This document shows positions 1 to 8,773 of a stretch of DNA of 32,000 bases, piece by piece. Within the stretch, counting starts at the first letter, position 1. The number at the start of each line of letters is the position of its first letter. The stretch spans positions 3,870,001-3,902,000 of the forward strand of contig NZ_CP074694.1 of NCBI RefSeq assembly GCF_018398935.1, in the 5' to 3' direction. A model generated the notes under the pieces. That model saw only the letters and a program-made list of their open reading frames with translations, ran no database searches and was not told the DNA's origin. A program made the position numbers and the translations under genes. The DNA is from Telmatocola sphagniphila (lineage in GTDB: Bacteria > Planctomycetota > Planctomycetia > Gemmatales > Gemmataceae).

Positions 1-960
1 AGAAATATTGCTAGCGGCACGGACATTGTTTGTGGGAATTAACGAAATTACTGCTGTATTTTGGCCAATTCCAAAGGAAATGGTCCCTTGGGCCCCATTA
101 TTGCTGAGGGTTGCGCCGGAGGCCGCAATCGTGAAATCTTTGCCAATTGATGCGGACCCACCCAACTGGAATGCAATACTTCCGGATTGGCTGGGATCAC
201 CGTCTCGCCAAACCAGAATTGTAGCGGGATTGCTTGCGTTCGATGCATTCCCGTTTATGGTTGCGACATGGAATCCAGGAGTAGGTAAATTCGGGAGATT
301 TTGATAAACGGACGAAGGGACCGAAGTGCTGGATGAGCCAGAACCTAAACCGGAATTGCCAGTCGGCGTATTCAATGAGGCGTTAGAAATCGGGGAACTT
401 TGCAAAGGGGCGACACTCGGCGTGGCGCTGAGAGAGGGATTTTGTAACCCAGTCGCTTGCGCTGGAATTGAATTTGCCGATTGATGTAAAGGTCCGCTGC
501 TGAAAAGAGTGGGAGTCGCAGTCGAATATAGATCCCCAGACCACTGAAAAGGCGTGCTGGAAAGCGGATCAAAGGCTGCACTGGTTCCTGTCGAGTTTTC
601 CGCTCGAGTGCCAGCGTATGCATTTGCGGTCAGTTCCCAATTTCCAAAGCCGGATTCGCGGAAAAGTTCAACTGAAGAGAAGGTTTGACCTCGATCTGAC
701 AGTGTAAAGGTGTCCTTCAGGTCCACTGAACTATCAAAACCCAAATCAAAATGCTGCTCCAAACCGCCACTCAGCGGACCATACGCAAAATTACCCAGCA
801 GCGCTGCTGCAGGGCCACCCACAAAGGCGCTGACCGAATTTCGATCTTCCATCGAACCCAAGCTGGGCTTTAGAATTGGAAATATGAACCGTCGCTTGCG
901 AGACTGGGGGAAAAATTTGCGTAAGGGTGCTGTCAAAAGCAGAGCAATCAAACGCTTCAT
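1..960 (-). CDS. N-terminal 320 codons of a large secreted/surface repeat protein; continues past the left window edge and is absent from the supplied ORF track
   Basis: Plus-strand frame-1 triplets from 1 to 987 contain no tta/cta/tca, so the minus frame is open from the in-frame stop at 988-990 down to position 1. First ATG is at 960 (MKRLIALLLTAP...). The product is S/T/G/N-rich and ends with ...GSIAFQLGGSASIGKDFTIAASGATLSNNGAQGTISFGIGQNTAVISLIPTNN, a Calx-beta/adhesin-like strand pattern. The three listed ORFs here (98, 83, 110 aa) are shorter and have implausible composition. Confidence 0.55.
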   Translation of the reverse strand, partial: MKRLIALLLTAPLRKFFPQSRKRRFIFPILKPSLGSMEDRNSVSAFVGGPAAALLGNFAYGPLSGGLEQHFDLGFDSSVDLKDTFTLSDRGQTFSSVELFRESGFGNWELTANAYAGTRAENSTGTSAAFDPLSSTPFQWSGDLYSTATPTLFSSGPLHQSANSIPAQATGLQNPSLSATPSVAPLQSSPISNASLNTPTGNSGLGSGSSSTSVPSSVYQNLPNLPTPGFHVATINGNASNASNPATILVWRDGDPSQSGSIAFQLGGSASIGKDFTIAASGATLSNNGAQGTISFGIGQNTAVISLIPTNNVRAASNIS

Positions 961-1120
961 GGACGGGGCTCCGGGACCGGGGGCCGATCAAGATGCTCAA
1001 AGAATATCTTTTGCTATCGCATGCTGTCAATTGAATTTCTGAAATTTAATTTGGCAGACTAACACACTTCGGCTAAGTTGTTGAGGTGGAATTTGGAACA
1101 TTTTTTTCGGAACTCAAATC

Positions 1121-3874
1121 ATGCCCGCTAGCTCTTTCTGGATCATCGGAATTAATCGTGAATTTGCACCAGTGGGATCTGTTTTACCTTGGGATACTTT
1201 TGCACAACTGGGTTATCGAGTGCGAGTAGCGGAGGCTTGCGATGCTCCTGCAAATTGGAATCGTATTCTTACCGAAGCGTTGGACGAAAAGATCGAAGCT
1301 GTTTTCTGGATGGATGCGAGATTGCGATTTGAGCCCCCAGCGCTCGAACGACTTTTCAATACCGGCCACGATTTTATTTCAGGAGTATATCCCAACGAAG
1401 AAAGTAGTGGTTTTAATTGCGAAATTCCATTATCTGCCTATCCCTTGCAACTTGGACAAGGCGGAGGAGTTATCGAGGCACGTTTTGCGGAATTAGGATT
1501 CACCCTGATGCGTCGCGCACTTTTGGAATCTTTACGTGACCGTCAACGATTGCCCCGGTGTAGCGATCTTCGAGGTAGGGCCATCATCCCTTTCTTTGCC
1601 CCCCTGGCAATCATGGAGAACGGAATTCATCGGTATCTCGACGAGCAAAGAGCATTCTGTGAGAGAGCAAGATTGTGCGGATTTCCATTGCGAGTCGATA
1701 CTTCTCTGCGGATTTGGAGAATGGGTTTCAGTTCCCTTAGTTGGGAAGACGTTCAGTCCTCGCGTCCCCGCCAATCCTCGGCTCAGTTCCACCTGCGGCC
1801 TGGAACCACGTCGGCTAAATTTCACACAGTATCAAGCCTAGCTGATAGCAAGAATTCGGTTACGGCAAATAGTTTTGATTACGAGAAAGTCAATGAATCA
1901 GAATTGGACGATCCGCGATTCGACCAACCCGCACTGGTAGAGGGCAAGAGACGGCGGAAGTATTTTATTTGTTCAACTCCTTGTTCCGGCTCATCCATCT
2001 TAACAAGGCAATTATTCAACGCGGGTATTGGAATCCCGCATCTGTATTTTAATCCTACCCATTTGAATAAGCTGAGCGAGCACTGGGGGCTCGGAAAAGA
2101 CGACCCCGCAAGATTTATTCAAGACCTCCTGGATAGAAGGACCACTTCGAATGGAGCATGGGGAGCACGGCTTTACTGGGCGCAAGTGGAAATTTTCAGA
2201 GAAGAACTTGAAACACTTTTTCGAGATAGCCTGTTTCTTTATTTTTACCGCGAAGATATTAATGCCCAGTCTCTTTCCTACCATTTGAGCCGTTCCTCAG
2301 GTATTTGGAGTTTAGACGGGAGTCGGACGACTCGGCCAGATTCTGAAGATAGATTGGCCGACCTCCAAGCAGTCAGAGAGGCGGAGACGCTGATTCGTTC
2401 AGAGAATAGGTGTTGGGAACAATTTTTTCGAGATCTCAAGATCGAGCCTCTCAAAATTCGATATGAACATTACACTACAAACCAGCATACACCCGTTATC
2501 AAGATCGCTGAGAAATTGGGTCTTACTAGAAACGAATTTCGGATCCCTCCTGCGGAACCGTTCGTAGCACACCTCTCTTCTGAAATGTCTGAAGCAAAAG
2601 CTCAACTCAGGGAAGCGTTAAAAATGCCTCCGGAGCCGGTTCGGCGAATATCACCTATACCAGCATCAAGAAAATTTCCGCGAAACTCCATGCGGACGGT
2701 AGCCACGAAACTAGCGGAGAGTTTTCCTCGCATTAAAGCGTATGCTTTGACTTATCCTGCAAATATCGAAAGTCTCAATTTGACGCTCGATGATTTTCGA
2801 AAGTCGGATTGGGGCGAGGAACCGGAAGTATTCGTTCAGCCTTCTGACTGGCCCAAAGGAAAAGATTCCGCTTCAAACAACTATAAAAGAGCGTTACTAA
2901 AAGCTTTGGAAGATGACTGTGATTTTGCACTCATCCTAGAGGACGATATTCGCGTCACCCAAGCACTCCGTCACAATCTGATCACGAATCCGTTAATCCA
3001 TCGAGACCAGTGCGATTACTTCAGTTTGTTCATGCCCGATTTGATCAATTCCCCGTGGGAACGCAGCGAAAATCATTTGGGCTATCGATTAGCCAAACCA
3101 CTATACGCCGGCCCCAATCGAATGTGGGAAAAACATCGCATCTGGGGCAGTCAGGCCTACTTGTTATCACGCCGCTTTCTTAAAGCAGCTGTGGATTTGT
3201 GGGATCAGCTGACAGAAGGTCAGGATGCACGGGTCATCACTGTGTGTTCCCGTTTTCAATTGCCTTTGTGGTACCCAAGTCCCTGTCTGATCGAACATGT
3301 ACCCTTGACGACTGCCTTTGGAACCCCTTCCGCTTACGCACCTGACTTCGACCGGGATCACCGTTTGGAAATCTTAAGCGGTTTCCAGCCTCCCGAAGAA
3401 GTGCCCGGCTGGCTGACTTATCCGGAAGCAAAGCTTTTATGGGAATTGGCAGCAGGAAAGAATGTTCTCGAATTGGGTACTGCGGGGGGTAAATCGACCG
3501 TTTGTCTGGGACAACAGGCGAAAAGGGTTCTCACGGTCGACATCGAAGATCAATTGGAAGCTACGGAGTGGGTGCGACGATACGGTTTGACGGAGAAGGT
3601 GGAGTTTCGTCAGGGGGATGCGGGCAAAGTTTGTCGAGAACTTGAAGAAAAATTTGATTTGGTTTTCATAGACACCGAGCATGATGCTGCAAGTGTTTCT
3701 CGAGATATTGAATCGAGTCTACCCCTTTTAAAGTCTAATGGAATAATCGCATTCCACGATTACCCAGATCCCGGGTGGCCGGAAGTACGAAAAACGGTCG
3801 ATCACTATGCCCGAAAGAATAATTGGCGCCGATTTGCCCAAGCAGAGTATCTCGGTGCATTTCGACTAAGTTAA
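1121..3874 (+). CDS. Four-domain glycan-tailoring fusion protein: GT-A-like / Stf0-type sulfotransferase / GT25-like glycosyltransferase / class I SAM methyltransferase
   Basis: Uninterrupted 917-aa ORF. aa ~1-215 look GT-A-like. aa ~285-500 carry KYFICSTPCSGSSILTRQLF, a PAPS 5'-phosphosulfate-binding loop of the Stf0 type. aa ~540-745 carry DFALILEDDIRV (GT25-like). aa ~760-917 carry VLELGTAGGKST (SAM motif I) and FIDTEHD...GIIAFHDY (Methyltransf_24-like). Confidence 0.75.
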   Translation: MPASSFWIIGINREFAPVGSVLPWDTFAQLGYRVRVAEACDAPANWNRILTEALDEKIEAVFWMDARLRFEPPALERLFNTGHDFISGVYPNEESSGFNCEIPLSAYPLQLGQGGGVIEARFAELGFTLMRRALLESLRDRQRLPRCSDLRGRAIIPFFAPLAIMENGIHRYLDEQRAFCERARLCGFPLRVDTSLRIWRMGFSSLSWEDVQSSRPRQSSAQFHLRPGTTSAKFHTVSSLADSKNSVTANSFDYEKVNESELDDPRFDQPALVEGKRRRKYFICSTPCSGSSILTRQLFNAGIGIPHLYFNPTHLNKLSEHWGLGKDDPARFIQDLLDRRTTSNGAWGARLYWAQVEIFREELETLFRDSLFLYFYREDINAQSLSYHLSRSSGIWSLDGSRTTRPDSEDRLADLQAVREAETLIRSENRCWEQFFRDLKIEPLKIRYEHYTTNQHTPVIKIAEKLGLTRNEFRIPPAEPFVAHLSSEMSEAKAQLREALKMPPEPVRRISPIPASRKFPRNSMRTVATKLAESFPRIKAYALTYPANIESLNLTLDDFRKSDWGEEPEVFVQPSDWPKGKDSASNNYKRALLKALEDDCDFALILEDDIRVTQALRHNLITNPLIHRDQCDYFSLFMPDLINSPWERSENHLGYRLAKPLYAGPNRMWEKHRIWGSQAYLLSRRFLKAAVDLWDQLTEGQDARVITVCSRFQLPLWYPSPCLIEHVPLTTAFGTPSAYAPDFDRDHRLEILSGFQPPEEVPGWLTYPEAKLLWELAAGKNVLELGTAGGKSTVCLGQQAKRVLTVDIEDQLEATEWVRRYGLTEKVEFRQGDAGKVCRELEEKFDLVFIDTEHDAASVSRDIESSLPLLKSNGIIAFHDYPDPGWPEVRKTVDHYARKNNWRRFAQAEYLGAFRLS

Positions 3875-3928
3875 GCTATCCGCAGATAGTTCAGATTGAA
3901 GAAATTAAACTGAGATCGCCTTCGTAAA

Positions 3929-4594
3929 GTGATTTTCTTTGGAGAAGCCCAAGTGGCTGCTAATCGAGTCGCCATTTTAGGTCTTTATCGATCGGGATCT
4001 TCTGCTTTGGCAGGGGCCCTCCACCAGATTGGAATTGATATGGTAAGTCCATTCTGGATGACTCATTTCGAATCGGACTGGCTTTCGAAGCAATTGCGGA
4101 GTTGGTGGAACGAGCCCTATCTTCGGGAAATGTTACCCCAAAATCAAAGAATCAAAATTTTACAGGCTTGGATGGCCGAGCAAGAGTCTCGAGGGGGCAC
4201 TTGGATAGGCATGAAACATCCGTTACTTAGTCTTTGTGGACCAGACATTCTTGCCGCTTGGGGGAAACAGACACATTTCATTTGGACTCAAAGGCCGTTA
4301 ACGAAATCGATTGAATCACTGATCAAAAAGTCTTGGTGGAAATCCTCTGAGGATGGGCTTCGAAGGTTGACGGAACTCGAGATACGGACACTCTATACCG
4401 CTATTCAAAAAAGGCTTTGGGATAAATTAGAAGAATTCTTTCGATCGCAACCCCATCTAGGAGTCGACTACTCATTAATGATGAATGATTCTCCCAGACA
4501 ATTGCTACGGGTTTGCGATTACCTGGGATACAAACCGACAAATGCTCAGTTTTCTGAGGCCGTCCGACATATAATGCCTACATCACGGGAATAA
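3929..4594 (+). CDS. Sulfotransferase family protein
   Basis: 221-aa ORF with a GTG start. VAILGLYRSGSSALAGAL matches the sulfotransferase PAPS-binding loop, which forces a start upstream of aa 16. A hairpin tttgcgc-ttttt-gcgcaaa lies downstream at 4615-4633. Confidence 0.7.
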   Translation: MIFFGEAQVAANRVAILGLYRSGSSALAGALHQIGIDMVSPFWMTHFESDWLSKQLRSWWNEPYLREMLPQNQRIKILQAWMAEQESRGGTWIGMKHPLLSLCGPDILAAWGKQTHFIWTQRPLTKSIESLIKKSWWKSSEDGLRRLTELEIRTLYTAIQKRLWDKLEEFFRSQPHLGVDYSLMMNDSPRQLLRVCDYLGYKPTNAQFSEAVRHIMPTSRE

Positions 4595-4807
4595 TAGAGT
4601 CTTTCTTCTTATCTTTTGCGCTTTTTGCGCAAACGTAAGATTTCACCTCGTTGAACTGAAACTTTCTATTTTGCCTATTTAGCGACTCAATCTCGCTATT
4701 TTATCTGGCAGTTGTCAGTCTGGAATAGATAGGTAATGGACTCCGCGGAATAGTTAAGGTCAGTTCAACGGGGTGAACAATTACGCGCAAACTTTTTGTG
4801 TATTTTA

Positions 4808-6355
4808 TTAAATCGCGGTTTTGAGTTCTTTCGGGAACTCTTTGATGCGGATACGAACGGCCGCCGCCATCACCGCATTGCCTTTATCCGTCACGTGATA
4901 GCGATGCGCCCGCGGGACTTTCCGAATCAATCCATGAGCGCGCAACCTTCCCAATTGTCGCGAGACTCGTTGCGTTTGCCGACGCCGTTCAGCGGCATCC
5001 CGGGCGGGCTCGTTCAACGCTTTCAGGATGTCGTGGTTGCGAAACCCATTGATGCGATTATCGCCGCATAAGACAGCCAGGAATAGCTTCTGTTCTTCGG
5101 CGTGCATCAAGTTCAAGCCGCGTCGCTTCCGGTTACCCAGAGAGACGGGTTGACTCAGTTGGTCGAGTTGACGCACGGTGACCGAAGGAGCGTCCACAAC
5201 GGCCAAAGCCTCGAGATAGCGTCGATTCGAAGCGCGGGCGACTTCGAGGTAGCGATAGAAATTAGACACGCCTTTGTTCATGGGGCACCAGGCCATTTTT
5301 TCGACCCCTTTGCGGATGCATCGACGGCGGACGTGGAACTCGCCTGGCTGGTTGATTACTGTTTCAATGCGGAGAATCCGTTCGAATTTGTCGTACATTT
5401 TCAGCCAATTGCCTTTCATGCGGTGCTTGACGCGTGTGCCCGGTGCCCGTTTCTTGCGGCCCAGAGTAAGAATTTCTCCGTCGAATTGAGGATAGAGCTT
5501 GCGTCCCAGGAATTTCATAAGGTCGTCGGCAGAGAACTGTTGAATCGAGTGATCGACCAGACGCGGGTAAAGAGCTTGTAAGTCTTCACGACTTCGGAAC
5601 AAAACGTCCGTGCTGTACTCGGCTCGATCGATCACCCAGTAGTATTGGCAGCGGTTCAGCCAGTCTTTTTTCAATAGCGGATTGGCCCGGCGGACCCAAC
5701 GGTCGAGAATTTTGATCCAATTCAAATGGGCAAAGCGATCGGCCAGACGTTGAGCGGCTTCGGGATTGTCGAGTTGAACGAAGGCATTATCGCTTTGAAG
5801 GAAGCCGATCTGCTTTTCGTTCATCTGGCGGGCCAGCCAGTCGTGACCGTTGACGTAGACTTGGACGCTGTAAGGAAAGAAGGTTTGGATGCGGACATGG
5901 ATCAGTCCGAACTCGGGATCGAGAGAATAGAAATAGACGACGCGTTGCGGGCGAGACGTGAAGTACAATTCCGGTCGATCCTTGCCGGGACGCAGCTTGA
6001 CGCCGCGACAGGTTTCCATGCAGCACAGCACGGCGACCAGTCCTTCCTTTAGACTGCGTTTGGCAATCTCCTCGCGGATGATCTGCTCTTTGGTGTGCTC
6101 CCCTTGGAGAAACTGATAAGGAGCACCGGCTTCGGCGGCGACTCGTTTGCCATGTTCCACCAGTTCTTCGGACAGACCTTCCAGGAAGGGAACGAAGTCT
6201 TTGCGACGCATGCCCAGTCCGCTATCGCAGAGACGGTGGAGATCTCCATTCTTGAAAAAGGGAAGATATCCTTTGAAAATCACGCGGTCGTGACATTCCA
6301 GAACGGATAGAATGGAATCGGCGAACTTCTTCGTAAATGAGTTGATCGTCGGCAT
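4808..6355 (-). CDS. Conserved hypothetical protein with C-terminal MarR-like winged helix; family not identified
   Basis: 515-aa ORF, co-directional with the kinase-cyclase gene and 60 bp downstream of it. The C-terminus RVSRQLGRLRAHGLIRKVPRAHRYHVTDKGNAV looks like a wHTH wing. Central motifs are LIHVRIQTFFPYSVQVYVNGHDWLARQ and LKMYDKFERILRIETVINQP. I recognise these as a recurrent uncharacterised family but cannot name it. Confidence 0.7.
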   Translation of the reverse strand: MPTINSFTKKFADSILSVLECHDRVIFKGYLPFFKNGDLHRLCDSGLGMRRKDFVPFLEGLSEELVEHGKRVAAEAGAPYQFLQGEHTKEQIIREEIAKRSLKEGLVAVLCCMETCRGVKLRPGKDRPELYFTSRPQRVVYFYSLDPEFGLIHVRIQTFFPYSVQVYVNGHDWLARQMNEKQIGFLQSDNAFVQLDNPEAAQRLADRFAHLNWIKILDRWVRRANPLLKKDWLNRCQYYWVIDRAEYSTDVLFRSREDLQALYPRLVDHSIQQFSADDLMKFLGRKLYPQFDGEILTLGRKKRAPGTRVKHRMKGNWLKMYDKFERILRIETVINQPGEFHVRRRCIRKGVEKMAWCPMNKGVSNFYRYLEVARASNRRYLEALAVVDAPSVTVRQLDQLSQPVSLGNRKRRGLNLMHAEEQKLFLAVLCGDNRINGFRNHDILKALNEPARDAAERRRQTQRVSRQLGRLRAHGLIRKVPRAHRYHVTDKGNAVMAAAVRIRIKEFPKELKTAI

Positions 6356-6415
6356 GGCGTCGAGTCTCCAACGGTTGTGTGGTTACTTCCATTGGATAAA
6401 CCGACGCCATGTTCG

Positions 6416-8089
6416 TTAATACCTAGGGTTGCGGGCATTGCCCGCGTTAAGCACGATCTTTAAAAGCTGGCTATCCGACCTGGGTCCAGAACTGGGAACG
6501 GTCTTGGAACTCGGTGAAATCGTTGATCCGATTCCCGGGTCTAAAGCGGGTAGCGGAACTAATTGGTCGCCAAACGCCGTTCTATAAACATCGTAACTTT
6601 TAGCATGTTTGTCTCGAATGACTTCAGGGGGGCCAAATTGTTTCTGGATCTCAAGCGGTAGCTCATTGAAGGTTGAGCGATCAATAACGAAATCGCCCCC
6701 CATCGAGGCCGACTGGAGTCGTGAAGCCGTGTTGACGACATGGCCCACCGGTTTACCTCCGTCCCAGGCAGCTTCCCCTGTTGAGGCTCCGGTACGGAAT
6801 TTGTGTTCGGCGAGATTATCCGCCACATCCGAATTGTGATCGCCAGTGATTCGATTCAGAGATTCGGCAATTCGATAGGCATCCAGAGCGATCCGGAAAT
6901 GGTAGAAGAAGCCATCCCCAGCCGTATCGATAAGTGAATAGTTGGCAGGATCGATGTGGTTTTTTAAGCGATCGAAGGCCCCCTCAATATACGAGGCTAC
7001 TTTGCGTTTCATCTCCGCAGCGGCTTGAGGACCAGCCGTCTTTTCCAGAATTCGAACTCGTTCGGTGAATCCTTTGAAATCGGCGAAGAAATAAGTGCCT
7101 CGAACGACTTTGGAACGTAGATCGCTCGATTCTAAAGGCTGAGAAGTTTTCCCCCCAGGCGAGGGAACTGGATTGGCGATTTCTACTTTCGGTAATACCT
7201 CAGAATCTAAATTTCCCAGGAAATGGCGTAAATCTTCGGCCATGTCTTTGGCCGTGGTGTAGCGATCCGATGCCCGTTTTGATAAAGCCTTCAGACAAAT
7301 TCGTTCCAATTCTTTGGGAATCCCATCATCAACTTGCCTGGGTGGCCGCGGTTCAAAGTTGGTGATTTGCTCCAAAAGTTCGGCTTGGGTATCGGCTTTA
7401 AACGGACGGCGGCCTAGCAGCATCTCATAGAAGACGATACCCAGACTGAAGATGTCGGATCTACCATCGACTCGGTGTCCTTCACCTCTGGCCTGCTCGG
7501 GACTCATGTAAGCCGGTGTCCCAGCAAATTTTTGCCCCTTACCGAGATTCTCTTCCTTGAGAGCCAGACCAAAGTCCACCACGAAGGGCTTGTTGGTTTC
7601 ATCAATCAGAATGTTGCTAGGCTTGATGTCCCGGTGAACTAAATTCTTGCGATGGGCATAGTGAATGGCTTCGGCAATCGTGGCGATCAGTTCCGCCGAA
7701 TCCTGAAAGGTCGGTCGAGAACTCTCAAGCTTTTGGGAAAGGGTTGCCCCTTGAATGTATTTGGAAACGATGAAACAGGGATATTCCGCAGTGTTCCCCA
7801 CATCGTGGACGGGAACGATATTCGGATGATCGAGATTGGCTACCGTTCGAGCTTCCGCCAAATAGGCAGCAGCGTCATCGGAACTGCTGATCCGCTCTTT
7901 GTGCGGAACCTTGATCGCAACGGACCGTTGAAGCTGCTCGTCCATGGCCAAGTAGACGACGCCGAAGCCTCCTTTACCTAGGATTCTTCGAACGTGGTAA
8001 CGCCCGATCAGAAGCGGCAACTGTTCATTATCGTCGAGTTGCTCGGGAGTTTTTCCAGGATAATGAGCGGTTTCGTCGGTGTCAGCCAT
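6416..8089 (-). CDS. Ser/Thr protein kinase fused to a class III nucleotidyl cyclase (CHD) domain
   Basis: The Hanks kinase motifs are LGKGGFGVVYLA, VAIK, HRDIKPSNIL, DFG and TPAYMSPEQ (nt ~7220-7999). The C-terminal cyclase motifs are FFADFKGFT, IDTAGDGFF, FRTGASTGEA and VNTASRL (nt ~6575-7108). Confidence 0.9.
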   Translation of the reverse strand: MADTDETAHYPGKTPEQLDDNEQLPLLIGRYHVRRILGKGGFGVVYLAMDEQLQRSVAIKVPHKERISSSDDAAAYLAEARTVANLDHPNIVPVHDVGNTAEYPCFIVSKYIQGATLSQKLESSRPTFQDSAELIATIAEAIHYAHRKNLVHRDIKPSNILIDETNKPFVVDFGLALKEENLGKGQKFAGTPAYMSPEQARGEGHRVDGRSDIFSLGIVFYEMLLGRRPFKADTQAELLEQITNFEPRPPRQVDDGIPKELERICLKALSKRASDRYTTAKDMAEDLRHFLGNLDSEVLPKVEIANPVPSPGGKTSQPLESSDLRSKVVRGTYFFADFKGFTERVRILEKTAGPQAAAEMKRKVASYIEGAFDRLKNHIDPANYSLIDTAGDGFFYHFRIALDAYRIAESLNRITGDHNSDVADNLAEHKFRTGASTGEAAWDGGKPVGHVVNTASRLQSASMGGDFVIDRSTFNELPLEIQKQFGPPEVIRDKHAKSYDVYRTAFGDQLVPLPALDPGIGSTISPSSKTVPSSGPRSDSQLLKIVLNAGNARNPRY

Positions 8090-8372
8090 ATAGCGAATCG
8101 TCCATCGATTGTGGGTGGTGTTCGACTGGGAAATTGTAACGAATTCGAAGGACGTAGGCTAATGGGAAGAATTGGGTTCTGGATCAGTCGAGATCATTGC
8201 AAATCAGTTTTCAGAAAGAACCTAAACAACCAATCAGAATGTCCAAATGAGTTTTGCTTCAGTTTTCTTTTCGTTCTATGCTTTATATTCCTGTAATAAT
8301 TTTGCATCCGGCAGACTTGGTTTGCGGAGAATGCTCGAATCCTAAATGCTTTCGAAATTTGGAGCGTTTTCG

Positions 8373-8708
8373 ATGAGTTCAAATGAAGACGATGGCTATT
8401 ATGAGATTGCCGGCCAAGAGATCGCCACAAAAGAACTTGTTCCAGCTATTTGGACCAAGGCATTCGCGTACGCTAACGGGAACACCACGACTGCATTCTC
8501 AATGTACATCAAGTTTCGAGTCGAGCAGTTAAAAAATACGGAAATGGAAAGAAGAGCTAGAAATCGAAAATTGTTTCTTCAGAGAAAGCTAGGCGAGGGC
8601 AAAGAGAAAGTTTTGGATGCTAGTTATCGTATTTTCCAATTATTTTCACTTTGTTTACTGACAATTTTGATAGTATATTTCATTCTCACTTTTTTACTCC
8701 GTCTTTAG
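8373..8708 (+). CDS. Small C-terminally membrane-anchored hypothetical protein (111 aa)
   Basis: GGAG at 8361-8364 lies 8 nt before ATG 8373, which is in frame with the listed 8346 ORF. The N-part is soluble (DDGYYEIAGQEIATKELVPAIWTKAFAYANGN...YIKFRVEQL). A single hydrophobic helix IFQLFSLCLLTILIVYFILTFLL sits at the C-terminus. Confidence 0.45.
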   Translation: MSSNEDDGYYEIAGQEIATKELVPAIWTKAFAYANGNTTTAFSMYIKFRVEQLKNTEMERRARNRKLFLQRKLGEGKEKVLDASYRIFQLFSLCLLTILIVYFILTFLLRL

Positions 8709-8773
8709 TATCACAGAATGGTATCTATAACCTACACTATTGCATCTGCTACATTTAAAGCACGCCGGATAAG

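Noticed and set aside
8-1042. Listed ORFs 8-304(+), 48-248(-), 372-623(-), 710-1042(+) and 791-1030(-).
   Set aside because: They are superseded by the continuous 320-codon minus-strand frame 1-960. The short ORFs have implausible composition and no RBS.
4649-4770. 11-bp inverted repeat cgttgaactga / tcagttcaacg, ~100 bp apart downstream of the 515-aa gene (possible IS terminal repeats). The 11-mer ttgaactgaaa recurs at 28095-28105.
   Set aside because: Back-of-envelope expectation gives about one such nearby 11-bp inverted repeat and about 100 repeated 11-mers by chance in 32 kb. The repeat does not bracket the gene.
6416-8708. Calling the kinase-cyclase plus the small TM protein a Pycsar- or CBASS-like signalling system.
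   Set aside because: No adjacent protein shows a cyclic-nucleotide-binding domain, and the small TM gene is divergently transcribed. The idea is kept only as a hypothesis to test under the cyclase finding.
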